Source of the DNA: Bacteriovoracia bacterium
GTDB taxonomy: Bacteria > Bdellovibrionota > UBA1018 > CAIPTA01
Direction: 5' to 3'
DNA: 64,000 bases
Assembly: GCA_050246755.1 (NCBI GenBank)
Contig: JBFWVL010000003.1
Span: 32,001-96,000 of the forward strand
Positions 38,725 through 48,184 of this stretch are shown here, one piece after another. Within the stretch, counting starts at the first letter, position 1. Every line of letters begins with the position of its first letter. Position numbers and translations under genes: made by a program. Under the pieces are notes generated by a model that was given only the letters and a program-made list of their open reading frames with translations, was not told where the DNA came from and made no database searches.

Positions 38725-39090
38725 CTAAAAAGCGGCGCCAAACACGGTATAGCGCAGGAGCATCTGCACGAGGGAGAGCACGATGGCGCCGAAGATGGCG
38801 GAAAACCACGAGCTCACTTCAAAGCCCGGCAAGATGAACGCAGAAATTTTTAGGATAATGCCGTTAATCACGAAGGTGAAAAGCCCAAGCGTGAGGATAT
38901 TGATCGGCAAAGTGAGCACGAAAAGTACTGGCCAGAGCACGGCGGTGCAGCCGGCGATCACGATGGCGGCTATCAGGGCGGAGAGAAAACTTTTGGCGCG
39001 GATTCCGGGCATGATCCAGGAAGTGATGAGCACGCCGAGCGCGGCTACGAACCAATAAAGAATGATGCCGAGGTAAGATTGGTTTTGCAT
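38725..39090 (-). CDS. YvlD/DUF360 (phage holin superfamily IV-like) membrane protein
   Basis: LTLPINILTLGLF.FVING motif. Confidence 0.88.
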   Translation of the reverse strand: MQNQSYLGIILYWFVAALGVLITSWIMPGIRAKSFLSALIAAIVIAGCTAVLWPVLFVLTLPINILTLGLFTFVINGIILKISAFILPGFEVSSWFSAIFGAIVLSLVQMLLRYTVFGAAF

Positions 39091-39347
39091 GGGGCCAGCT
39101 TAGCAAAGCTCGGCGAACCATCCCAAAAGAAAACGCGCAAGAGCCTGATGGCTGGGATATTTTTCCCCAAATCCATACCGATTTAGCCCCGGTGGATCCA
39201 TTTCCCAAATCCGCGCCGTCGCGTGTAAAGCGCAGAAAATTCGTCTTCTACTCAGTTTTAGGTAGGGCAGGCCAAAAATAAGCGCAGCGTTAGGGTCTTT
39301 TGGTTTTCCAATTGCACTATCGGCCCTCGAAACTCGAAAGGAGCTCG

Positions 39348-40922
39348 ATGCATCCGCAAGAAAAGAAGAAAAAAGAAGGGAAGAAGCAGGCCACTATTTC
39401 TGCGCGCTTGCTGGACGCAGAATCAGAAATCATTCGCGTGTGGGAAGATCGCGTGCGCGAGCAGATTCCTTTGGCCGATGAGCATAGCAGCCAAGTGCTC
39501 CGAAATTCTTTGCCCAGCTTTATCATCGGCGTGGCGAAAGTATTGGCCGAAAATGCCGAGGGCGAAGACTTTAAAGCCGTTTGCCAAAAGCACGGCGAGC
39601 AGAGGGCTGAGAAAACTTATTATTCCGTAGAGCAACTGGTGCATGAATACCGGATTTTGCGCGAAGTGATTTTTGAGCTCATAGAGGGAAAGGAAGCGCT
39701 CGATTCTCGCTCTCGTCAACTGATTAATCTAAGCGTAGACCATGGCTTGGCGGAAGCCGTTACCAGTTTCATCCGGCGCGTGGGCTTGGAGCGGGAGCAG
39801 GCCGAAAAAAATTTGCTCGAAAGCGAAGAACGGCATGATCTCGCCCTTAAAGCGGGCAAGATCGGCATCTGGGAAATGGACTTGAAGTCGCCCCGTATTA
39901 AATGGAGCAGCCGCCAATTCGAGATTTTCGACGTGGATTCTTCTATTGACCCCCTCACCTACGATACGTTCCAGAAGTGTGTGCATCCCGAAGATAAGCC
40001 GCGCATGGCCCTGGAGCTCGACCGGGCCGTACGGGAAAAGCGCGATTTCTTACTGGAGTATCGGGTGATCTGGAGGGATGGAACCATTCACTGGGTGAAG
40101 GCGAGCGGGCGGCCTTACTACGATACGGACGGCAATCCCGATCGCATGATGGGAACGAATATCGACATTACCACCATGAAGGCGGAGCAGGACCAGCGCC
40201 ATGAATTAATCGACAGCCTAACCCGGGAGCAGGAGATTCGGGAGCGTTTCGTGAACGCGCTCACCCACGATCTGCGCACTCCACTCACGGCCGCGAAAAT
40301 GAGTGGGCAGCTGGTGGCCCGAATGGCTTCCCGGCCCGACGACGTAGTGAGGCTGGCGGCTCGCGTGGTGGATAACTTAAATCGGGCCGATGAGATGATC
40401 AGCGATCTGCTTGATTCGAGCCGAATTCGCGCGGGCTTGCCGCTCGCATTAGATATCAAAGAGTGCGAAGCGCGCGCGGTGGTGGTGGCTACGCTCGAAG
40501 AGTTGACGATCATTCACGGCAATCGCTTCGTGGTGGAGAGTGGGAGCGAAGTGCGGGGCTACTGGGATTGCAAGGGCGTGCGCCGTATTCTGGAAAACCT
40601 TTGCTCGAACGCCGTGAAATATGGCGACGCGCATGCGCCGATCTACGTGGCTTGCCGCCGGGAAGCAGCTGAGCTGGTACTTTCGGTGAAAAATACGGGA
40701 GCGCCGCTCGGCACGGAAGAAAAGATGACGCTCTTTAACTTGTTTGAACGCACGGAAAGCGCACGTTCCCTTGGCCGGAAGGGATGGGGAATCGGGCTTA
40801 CGGTGGTGAAGGGAATCGCCGAGTCGCACGGCGGATCCGCCGAGGTGCAGAGCGACGCGGGCAGCACGATCTTCACCGTGCGCTTACCCCTCGACGCCCG
40901 TAATTTTCTCTCTGCACGCTAG
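39348..40922 (+). CDS. Cytoplasmic PAS sensor histidine kinase with RsbRD-N-like domain
   Basis: HG.QR..Y...Q...EY N-terminus; PAS (VHPEDK, EYRV..DG..HW); HDLRTPL; NAVKY; GWGIGL. Confidence 0.9.
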   Translation: MHPQEKKKKEGKKQATISARLLDAESEIIRVWEDRVREQIPLADEHSSQVLRNSLPSFIIGVAKVLAENAEGEDFKAVCQKHGEQRAEKTYYSVEQLVHEYRILREVIFELIEGKEALDSRSRQLINLSVDHGLAEAVTSFIRRVGLEREQAEKNLLESEERHDLALKAGKIGIWEMDLKSPRIKWSSRQFEIFDVDSSIDPLTYDTFQKCVHPEDKPRMALELDRAVREKRDFLLEYRVIWRDGTIHWVKASGRPYYDTDGNPDRMMGTNIDITTMKAEQDQRHELIDSLTREQEIRERFVNALTHDLRTPLTAAKMSGQLVARMASRPDDVVRLAARVVDNLNRADEMISDLLDSSRIRAGLPLALDIKECEARAVVVATLEELTIIHGNRFVVESGSEVRGYWDCKGVRRILENLCSNAVKYGDAHAPIYVACRREAAELVLSVKNTGAPLGTEEKMTLFNLFERTESARSLGRKGWGIGLTVVKGIAESHGGSAEVQSDAGSTIFTVRLPLDARNFLSAR

Positions 40923-40965
40923 CAGAATATTTGAGTCGCACGCGCTTGTTCGCTATGCTTAGCCG

Positions 40966-41118
40966 ATGAGCGCGGAAAACACTGACCTCGTGGAAGGGGA
41001 AGACTACTATCTCGATCCTGACACGGGACTGCTCACCTTTACCGCGGATTACCTGCGCAAGCGTGGGTATTGCTGCGATAGCGGCTGCCGCCATTGTCCC
41101 TACGAGAAGCCATGCTGA
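40966..41118 (+). CDS. DUF5522-like small Cys-rich protein (50 aa, absent from ORF track)
   Basis: MSAENTDLVEGEDYYLDPDTGLLTFTADYLRKRGYCCDSGCRHCPYEKPC. Confidence 0.82.
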   Translation: MSAENTDLVEGEDYYLDPDTGLLTFTADYLRKRGYCCDSGCRHCPYEKPC

Positions 41119-42332
41119 TCGACCTCAGTCCGCTGAAGAATAACCGCGACTATCGCCTGCTTTATTTCAGCCAAGTGGTCTCTCTTTTTGGCAGCATGAT
41201 CACCTACGTAGCGATTCCCTACCAAGTGCATCAGCTCACGCACTCAGTTTTTTTGGTCGGTCTGCTAGGCGCCGTGCAGCTCATTCCGCTAGTGCTGAGC
41301 GGCCTGGTTGGGGGAACCTATGCCGACCGCCTGGATCGCCGCCGGCTCATCCTCTGGTGCGAAGTGCTTATGTTGGTGGGCACGCTGGTGCTCGCGGCGA
41401 ATTCTTGGCGCGCCGAGCCCAGCGTGGTTCTTATCTTTTGCACCACCGCCTTCATGCAGGCGGTGAACGGTTTCCATCGGCCTTCCCTCGAAGCGATCAC
41501 CCAGAAAGTGGTGGCGAAAACGGACTACGCCGCGATCGGGGCGCTGAATTCTCTGCAGCGCACCGGCGGCGCTATTCTCGGGCCGATGCTCGGCGGCGTG
41601 CTATTAGCGTCGGGGGGAGCGGCCTTTGCGTACTTGGCCGATGCGGTCACGTTTTTCTGGGCCTTTGTCATGATCAGTTTATTGCCCCGTAGTGGCTTTG
41701 TTCCCGAAAAAAGAGAGGCCAGTCCGCTCGAGAGCTTTCGCGAGGGTATGGATTTCGCCCTTCGCCGCCCGGAACTGCTCGGAAGTTATTTCGTGGATAT
41801 CGTGGCCATGACTTTCGCTTTTCCGATCGCGATATTTCCCGCGCTCGCGTTGAACTGGGGGGGAGAGAAGGCCGCCGGGCTGCTTTTTTCCGCGATGTCG
41901 GTGGGATCCCTGCTCATTGCCCTCCTGAGCGGATGGCTAAACCGCTTTAAGCGGCACGGGGCATTGATCACAATTGCCGCCGGCACCTGGGGCTTGTGCA
42001 TCGTAGGGTTTGGGATGGCCGATTCGCTCTGGATGGCGCTTCTTTTTCTCGCGCTGGCGGGCGCCTCCGATATGGTGAGTGGAGTGTATCGCTCGGTGGT
42101 ATGGAATCAGGTAATTCCGAACGAAATGCGCGGGCGCTTGGCGGGAGTGGAAATGATCAGCTATATGATCGGCCCTCTCCTCGGGAATTTACGTGTAGGC
42201 ACGCAGGCCTCGTTCATGGGCACACGGATTGCCGTAGTTTCGGGCGGAGTTCTCTGCGCATTGGCTTGCGTGGCCTGCGTCTGGATTTTTCCTAAATTTT
42301 GGAACTACCGCGAAGCCGCGATTCCCGTGTAG
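41112..42332 (+). CDS. MFS transporter (EntS/DHA3-like)
   Basis: IDLSPL..RDYRLL, G..ADRLDRRRL, MRGR; many TM segments. Confidence 0.9.
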   Translation: MLIDLSPLKNNRDYRLLYFSQVVSLFGSMITYVAIPYQVHQLTHSVFLVGLLGAVQLIPLVLSGLVGGTYADRLDRRRLILWCEVLMLVGTLVLAANSWRAEPSVVLIFCTTAFMQAVNGFHRPSLEAITQKVVAKTDYAAIGALNSLQRTGGAILGPMLGGVLLASGGAAFAYLADAVTFFWAFVMISLLPRSGFVPEKREASPLESFREGMDFALRRPELLGSYFVDIVAMTFAFPIAIFPALALNWGGEKAAGLLFSAMSVGSLLIALLSGWLNRFKRHGALITIAAGTWGLCIVGFGMADSLWMALLFLALAGASDMVSGVYRSVVWNQVIPNEMRGRLAGVEMISYMIGPLLGNLRVGTQASFMGTRIAVVSGGVLCALACVACVWIFPKFWNYREAAIPV

Positions 42333-42454
42333 TTCGGTAAGATCCCTAAATTCTGTCTCGATGATAATTGTTTTGGGGCGGCGCTTCTTAGCCCTTATCC
42401 TATGTATAGAAATACTGCTCATACTGCCCGTAACGATATCATGGAGGATACCGT

Positions 42455-43654
42455 ATGCTACGCACGCATGGATGCTTGCTGCTCGCGATTCTGTTATTTG
42501 CCCTGCCAAATATTTCCGCCGCCACGGAGGTGAAGGAATGGACCTTCCTGGTATTCCTCAATGGGCACAACGATCTCGACCAGTACGGGGCTTCGAACAT
42601 GAAGCAGATGGAGCGGGTGGGCTCTACCGATAAGGTAAACGTGGTGGTGCAGTGGGCCTCGATGGCTTCGCCAACAACAAAACGCATTTATGTGAAAAAG
42701 AGCACCAACGCGGAAGTGGTTACCTCGCCCGCAGTGGAAGAGCTTTCGCCGGTGGATATGGGAAATCCCAATAGCCTCATCGAGTTCGTGCGCTGGGCGA
42801 AGGAGCGGTATCCCGCCCGTCACTATTTCATCGACGTGTGGAATCACGGCAGCGGCTGGCACCGGATCAATAAAATTGGCGGGGAGGCGCACCAGGACGA
42901 TATTAGCTGGGACGAGCGTTTCAACTCGCATATCACCACGAAGCAGCTGGGGGCCGCGATGCAGGTTATCAGCCGCGAGCTCGGCCAAAAAGTGGACGTA
43001 TACGGTAGTGACGCCTGCCTGATGGCCATGGCCGAAGTGGCCGGCGAGATGAAAAATTCCGTGGAGGTGTTCGTGGGCGCCGAAGAAACCGAGCCCGGAG
43101 ACGGCTGGCCCTATGACCAGCTGTTGGCCGAATGGAATAAGAAAGAGCGCGCCACTGCTTCCGATGTGGGCCAAATCCTGGTGCGGGAATACGTGAAGGC
43201 CTATTCCGGCGGCCAGTTTGGCAAAGAAGAAGTCACGCTCTCGGCGATGAAGATGTCGAATTGGAACCGCTTCGAGTCGGCATTCAAAAGCTTTTCCTCG
43301 GAAATGCGTAGTCTTGATGCGGCAGAACGAGCAGCGGTGCTCCGGGTGGCGGCCAATACCCAGTCCTACCAGTACTCAGACTATAAGGACTTGTTTCATT
43401 TCACCCAAGGACTTGCGGCCGCCAATCTGCCGAGCGTAGGCCGGAGCAGTCTGGCCCGCCTGCAGGAATCCCTGAATGACCTGATCCTCGAGAACGGAGT
43501 TACGGGAGAGTACCGCAATTCCCGCGGGATTTCCTTGTGGGTGCCTGATACTCGCTACCAGTACGACGCCCACGCCAAAGCATATCAGAGCTTGGCATTT
43601 CATCAGGCCACGAGCTGGGGCCAAGTGCTGGCGCGGCTTTTTCCCAAAAAGTAA
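42455..43654 (+). CDS. Clostripain-family (C11) cysteine peptidase, secreted
   Basis: WTFLVFLNG.NDL, WNHGSGW, DACLM, PG.GW.Y. Confidence 0.9.
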   Translation: MLRTHGCLLLAILLFALPNISAATEVKEWTFLVFLNGHNDLDQYGASNMKQMERVGSTDKVNVVVQWASMASPTTKRIYVKKSTNAEVVTSPAVEELSPVDMGNPNSLIEFVRWAKERYPARHYFIDVWNHGSGWHRINKIGGEAHQDDISWDERFNSHITTKQLGAAMQVISRELGQKVDVYGSDACLMAMAEVAGEMKNSVEVFVGAEETEPGDGWPYDQLLAEWNKKERATASDVGQILVREYVKAYSGGQFGKEEVTLSAMKMSNWNRFESAFKSFSSEMRSLDAAERAAVLRVAANTQSYQYSDYKDLFHFTQGLAAANLPSVGRSSLARLQESLNDLILENGVTGEYRNSRGISLWVPDTRYQYDAHAKAYQSLAFHQATSWGQVLARLFPKK

Positions 43655-43877
43655 TAGCTGAGATCAGCTATGCTCCGATTTTTGGGGCCGGATATGGTGC
43701 TGCCTTCACACGGCAGCGCGATCCGGCCTTTTCATTTTCCCTTTTCCGCCCGCGATGATACGCCGCGCATGTTTCAAAGATATATACCTTTCTATATAGT
43801 TGTTTATTTTTTTTTGGAATCTCCGAAAGGATTGGGGGCCCGCTACGCGAGTGGTTGTTTAATGGAGGTAAAGTGAA

Positions 43878-44591
43878 ATGAAAACGATATCCGGGAGTCA
43901 GCTACGCTTCTGTATTTTACCGTCCGCTAATCCGCCTGCAGAGATGAAGGCGCTGCACGATAATTGTTTCCGGCTATGGATGGATGTGTGGAGCGAAACG
44001 TTCCGCAAGCTGAATTTTGATACTTCTCGGCTCGTGGACGATTTTATCCGCCAAGATTTGATCGCCTGCATTGCCGATGGTGACATGCCGGTGGCGATCC
44101 ACCTTTATTCCTTTTACGCCGCCGATAGCGAGGCCGCACGGGCCCACAGCTACCTAAACGGCAATTACCCTGAGCTCTACTTTGCGCGGCTGAAGAAGCA
44201 GAAGGTACGGTCGCTGATGTCGATGGAGTACCTCACCGTGCATCCTGATTGGCGCAAAGGGAAGAGTAACGTGCATTTTGCCATTGTGCTCGTAGGTCTT
44301 GCCCTAAAAACACTCCGGGCCTACGGTGCCGACGCCGCCATCGCGCCCGCGCGCCGCGATCATAAGGTGCATGATTTGGCTTACGCTTTTGGCGGAGAGC
44401 CGGTGATTGAAAACGTGCTCAACCACAATGTGGCTTGTGATCTGCTGATGTGCCACCGCGACCGCGTGATTCCGCACGCCAATCCCGAAGTGAACGAGCT
44501 CGTAAACTCGCTCTGGCAAACCAGGAAATTCTATCCCAACTACGAATTGCAGCCGGAAGACAATATTCTTCCGCTGCGTAAGGCGGCGTAA
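43878..44591 (+). CDS. Hypothetical GNAT-fold protein (acyl-synthase-like)
   Basis: MEYLTVHPDWRKG resembles GNAT motif A of FeeM/LuxI-type synthases; GGAGG RBS. Confidence 0.5.
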   Translation: MKTISGSQLRFCILPSANPPAEMKALHDNCFRLWMDVWSETFRKLNFDTSRLVDDFIRQDLIACIADGDMPVAIHLYSFYAADSEAARAHSYLNGNYPELYFARLKKQKVRSLMSMEYLTVHPDWRKGKSNVHFAIVLVGLALKTLRAYGADAAIAPARRDHKVHDLAYAFGGEPVIENVLNHNVACDLLMCHRDRVIPHANPEVNELVNSLWQTRKFYPNYELQPEDNILPLRKAA

Positions 44592-45544
44592 TGGAAAACG
44601 TAACGACCAAATTACCGGCCCGCACGGATTTTCCTCCCGAGCTCACCGTTTCTTCGCCGTGGCCTACCGTGGCGGCGATCGCGATGGACTGGGCGATTAT
44701 CGTGGGTTCCATCTGGTTGGCCGAACGGTTCTCTAATCCCGCTACCTTTCTCTTCGCCGTCTTTATGGTAGGTTCGCGGCAGCATGCCTTTTTCTTGATC
44801 ATGCACGAGGGGGCACATAGCTTGATCAGCAAAAACCGCTTTTGGAATGATAAGATCAGTAATTTTTTCGCGGCTTGGCCGGTAGGCTTTTCCACCGAAA
44901 AATATCGGCTACGTCACTGGATTCACCACCGCTACGTAAATACCGACAAAGATCCCGACTGGACCCGCAAGCGCGACGACGTAACTTGGCAATTTCCAAA
45001 AACTAAGATTGTTTACTGGAAGGATACGCTGGCGCACTTGCTCGGCAAGGGCGTGCTGGAGATGATTTTTGCTCTTCGCGGGCTCGGCCTCGCTAAATCG
45101 GATATCCCGCTCGCGGTTCCTTATTTCGGGTTCATCGTGGCAGCGATTACCTTGCTCGGCGGCTGGCGCTTGTTCGGCCTCTATTGGGTGGTTCCCTATT
45201 TCACGGTACTGCCGCTTCTGCACCGAATTCGGAATTCCTCGGAGCATTTGGGGCTTCCCAAAACTCACGTGCTGAATGGAACCCGTAACGTGGTGGGCTC
45301 GCCGGTGGAAACGTTTTTGCTCTGCCCCCATAACGGAGCAATGCATTTAGTTCACCACGTATATCCTTTTATTCCCTGGTACCGACTCAAGGCGGCGAGG
45401 GCCTTTCTTCTCACCAATGAAGAATATCGCACTTACGCCCACGAGAACGATAGCTACTTTCTCCCGCTCGGACGCAGCATGTACCGCGATATGCTACATC
45501 CGCCCCAGACCGAACTAGCCGAAAACACGAAACGAGCCGCATAG
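44591..45544 (+). CDS. Membrane fatty-acid desaturase family protein
   Basis: His boxes HEGAH, HWIHH, SEH, HLVHH; TM segments. Confidence 0.9.
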   Translation: MENVTTKLPARTDFPPELTVSSPWPTVAAIAMDWAIIVGSIWLAERFSNPATFLFAVFMVGSRQHAFFLIMHEGAHSLISKNRFWNDKISNFFAAWPVGFSTEKYRLRHWIHHRYVNTDKDPDWTRKRDDVTWQFPKTKIVYWKDTLAHLLGKGVLEMIFALRGLGLAKSDIPLAVPYFGFIVAAITLLGGWRLFGLYWVVPYFTVLPLLHRIRNSSEHLGLPKTHVLNGTRNVVGSPVETFLLCPHNGAMHLVHHVYPFIPWYRLKAARAFLLTNEEYRTYAHENDSYFLPLGRSMYRDMLHPPQTELAENTKRAA

Positions 45545-45562
45545 AATACATTGGAGTCACCC

Positions 45563-46210
45563 ATGAAAAAACAAACCATCAAAGAGTTTACTGAAGGCGA
45601 GATCAACCGAGTAACCGCTACCATGATGAGCATCGACTGGAGCAACCCGGCGGCTTACGGCGATTTTTTGGCGCAAACCTATTATCATATCTGCCATTCC
45701 ACGCGCCTGCTTGCAGCGGCGGCGGCCCGCTTTCCTTTGCATCAGGAGAAATTCCATTTGCAATGCATGCGGCATTCCGAGGAGGAGCGCAGTCACGAAA
45801 AGCTTTCGTTGAGTGATCTCAAGGAAATCGGCTACCGGCTGGAAGAATTCTCCGAGCTGCCCGGCACCAAGTCTCTTTATCGCTCCAATTATTTCTTGAT
45901 CGAGCACGTGAGCCCCTTGGCGCTTTTCGGCTACGCGTATTTTCTGGAATGGATCGCCATCGCGGGCGGCGAAAAATTGATGGCCGCCACGGAGCCGGTA
46001 TACGGGTCCAGGGCCGTGAAGCATATGCACGTTCATACCAAGGAAGATCCTGAGCACCTAAAGGCCTATGAAGGATTGCTGGAGGAGTTTTCGGGGAAAG
46101 ACCGGGAAGTTCTGATCGAGGCGATCGCCACCACGGCTGCGGACTACGAAAGAATTTATCTGGAGATTGACGCGCGGGCCGCCAGCAAAAAGCAGAAACG
46201 GGCCGCTTAG
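45563..46210 (+). CDS. Heme-oxygenase-like diiron (iron-containing redox) enzyme
   Basis: LAQTYY...STRLL, H..EE..HE, Y.LE, HxxxDxxH ligands. Confidence 0.8.
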   Translation: MKKQTIKEFTEGEINRVTATMMSIDWSNPAAYGDFLAQTYYHICHSTRLLAAAAARFPLHQEKFHLQCMRHSEEERSHEKLSLSDLKEIGYRLEEFSELPGTKSLYRSNYFLIEHVSPLALFGYAYFLEWIAIAGGEKLMAATEPVYGSRAVKHMHVHTKEDPEHLKAYEGLLEEFSGKDREVLIEAIATTAADYERIYLEIDARAASKKQKRAA

Positions 46211-46953
46211 AGGAAACGCATGTTTCCGCGTGCCGTATTTTCGGAACCTACTTCGCGTACGGTTTTAAGGGTGAGCACATAGGTCTCACCCGTAATCGCG
46301 GAAACGAGCTTTACGATGTACTTTTCCTTCATCGCGAAAATGCATTCTTGTTCCGTCATCAATTCGCGCAGAGTATACTCGGGCACGTTTTCCCATTCCG
46401 AGTAGCTAAGGCGCCCTTCCAAAACTTTTTCGACCGTCTCGCAGAGTTGTTTCGTGACTAGACTCGAGCGTTCGTAGAGCTCGAACCAAGGATACGTGGT
46501 GAGCTCGAGGATGGAATAATTGCAAAGCGTGAAGCAGCTGTAGCTGCGGTAGACCTGGATATAATCTTTGTTGGCTACCTCGATCACATCGCCCGGGCTG
46601 ATCTGGGTCATGAAGTTCGAAACGTAGCCAGAATCTGAAAGCAGGAAGAGCTGGCCCATGGCGTAATTCAGCATGGCGCTTTCGTCGAAGCCGTCGATCT
46701 GTTGCTCAAGGGCCCCGGCCACGAAGCGGCTCTGCTCTTGGAGGCCGCGAATAATGCCGATTTGGTTGTCACTGCTTAGTTCGGCAAAGCGCGCCCAAGC
46801 TCTCGCCGGAGCCTGAGGAACCTGTTTTTTAATGAGCTGCTTGAGCAGCGCTTCAAAATGCGTGAGCGTCGAACGCATGAGCTCGATATTGCAGTTTTGA
46901 TGGGGCGGGCCCATCGAGGGGGTAGGGCTTAATTTGGCAGTGCTAATGGGCAT
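46207..46953 (-). CDS. Hypothetical protein with PAS-like segment
   Basis: DVIEV...IQVYRS...LCNYSILEL...W.EL resembles PAS core. Confidence 0.55.
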   Translation of the reverse strand: MPISTAKLSPTPSMGPPHQNCNIELMRSTLTHFEALLKQLIKKQVPQAPARAWARFAELSSDNQIGIIRGLQEQSRFVAGALEQQIDGFDESAMLNYAMGQLFLLSDSGYVSNFMTQISPGDVIEVANKDYIQVYRSYSCFTLCNYSILELTTYPWFELYERSSLVTKQLCETVEKVLEGRLSYSEWENVPEYTLRELMTEQECIFAMKEKYIVKLVSAITGETYVLTLKTVREVGSENTARGNMRFL

Positions 46954-47021
46954 TTGGTGTACTTATACCAAACTGTAGTATTATAGTCAACTACTTTAAG
47001 CGGCCATAAGCTATTATAGGC

Positions 47022-47318
47022 CTAGCTGGGGCGCTTCGGCTTAAGGGCATGCTCCAGCTGTTCGCGCTCTGATTCCAGGATTAGTTCCATCACCGTTTGA
47101 GCGGGCATATCGTACATTTTAATCAAGGCTTTGAGCTTCTTAAGCGGCGGCACCGCGATTCCACGTTCGAAGTTGGAAATAAACTGGGCAGAAGAATAGC
47201 CGAGGGTGTTGCTTACTTCTCGCTGCGTAAGGTTTGCCCGCATGCGCATTTTTTGGAGGTATTCTCCGAGGTTGGTGTATTTGCGGGGAAGTATATATCG
47301 TTTTTTCTTTGCCATCAT
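47022..47318 (-). CDS. XRE family HTH transcriptional regulator
   Basis: LGEYL...R...NLTQREVS..LG......ISNFERG...P. Confidence 0.9.
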   Translation of the reverse strand: MMAKKKRYILPRKYTNLGEYLQKMRMRANLTQREVSNTLGYSSAQFISNFERGIAVPPLKKLKALIKMYDMPAQTVMELILESEREQLEHALKPKRPS

Positions 47319-47634
47319 GTTGTCACATTTCCAAGGTGAATTAGACGCGAGTATGTAAGGAAATCTGAAAAAAATCAAATCTTAGTTAGGGAGGAAATTT
47401 CTTTTCGAATGCCGAAAGGGCACCGTCCGACTGGAGAAATTGCGGTTAGTAAAGGGTGTGCGGCGCATTGTCTGCCCATAAAAATCGCCGCGAAGCCCCA
47501 AAATCTTTCTAATATCCCTATAAGCTCGGAATTATCGTAGTTATAGAGACATATTTCCGTATTCTGCCGCAAATATGACGCACGCGATTGAAGCGTGGAA
47601 ATCGCACGTTTAGCATTGCCTTATAGTAGGCAAA

Positions 47635-48033
47635 ATGAATAAACGGGTTGCGGCGATGAAAGCTACGCCAAAAGTATTGGTGGCCGATGATGATGAGGCT
47701 ATCCAAATTTGTATGGAAGACATCTCCATGCAGGAGGGCTGGGACCTCATATTCGCCCGCGACGGCGAAGAATGCCTTTCGATGGTGGCCACGCAGAATC
47801 CTTCCCTTATTATTTTGGACCAGCGGATGCCGCATATGACCGGAGAAGAGGTGCTCACGCGCCTGCAGGATGAGGGGCGCCACTATCCCATTATTTTAAT
47901 TTCCGCCGAAAAGGATTTATCCCGCATGAAGCGTTTTCCGGCCATCGTAAAGACCCTCACCAAGCCCTTCGACTTAGATGAGTTCATTAATGTGGTAAAC
48001 GCGGAGCTCTCTCGCTTGTCGGCGCCCCTCTAA
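47635..48033 (+). CDS. Single-domain response regulator
   Basis: VLVADDD, LDQRMP, ISA, KPFD. Confidence 0.9.
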   Translation: MNKRVAAMKATPKVLVADDDEAIQICMEDISMQEGWDLIFARDGEECLSMVATQNPSLIILDQRMPHMTGEEVLTRLQDEGRHYPIILISAEKDLSRMKRFPAIVKTLTKPFDLDEFINVVNAELSRLSAPL

Positions 48034-48073
48034 GCCACGCGTTTTTATTCATGAGACATTTTGCCCAATTGAG

Positions 48074-48089
48074 TTGTCAGTTCTGACAA
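48074..48089. promoter_or_regulatory. Candidate enhancer (bEBP) binding palindrome
   Basis: Perfect TTGTCAG-TT-CTGACAA about 50 nt upstream of a sigma54 promoter. Confidence 0.55.
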
Positions 48090-48137
48090 GCCACACTGCA
48101 TCTATGGGCCTTTCTGCATTTTACGCTAGCTGAATTC

Positions 48138-48153
48138 TGGAACGGCTCTTGCT
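48138..48153 (+). promoter_or_regulatory. Sigma54 -24/-12 promoter
   Basis: TGGAACGGCTCTTGCT (GG-N10-GC). Confidence 0.75.
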
Positions 48154-48184
48154 TTTGTTAATTCAGTCATTGATGAGGTGAGGC

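Noticed and set aside
38725-39090. Holin as evidence of a prophage
   Set aside because: YvlD/DUF360 proteins are common chromosomal membrane proteins; no endolysin or phage genes are adjacent.
33700-39300. Integrase and attR duplicate of the tRNA 3' end
   Set aside because: Neither was found, so the islet cannot be called an intact integrative element.
46970-47546. Shared CTATA..TATAG operator for the XRE protein at 47004, 47518 and 43780
   Set aside because: Spacers are inconsistent between copies; may be AT-rich noise.
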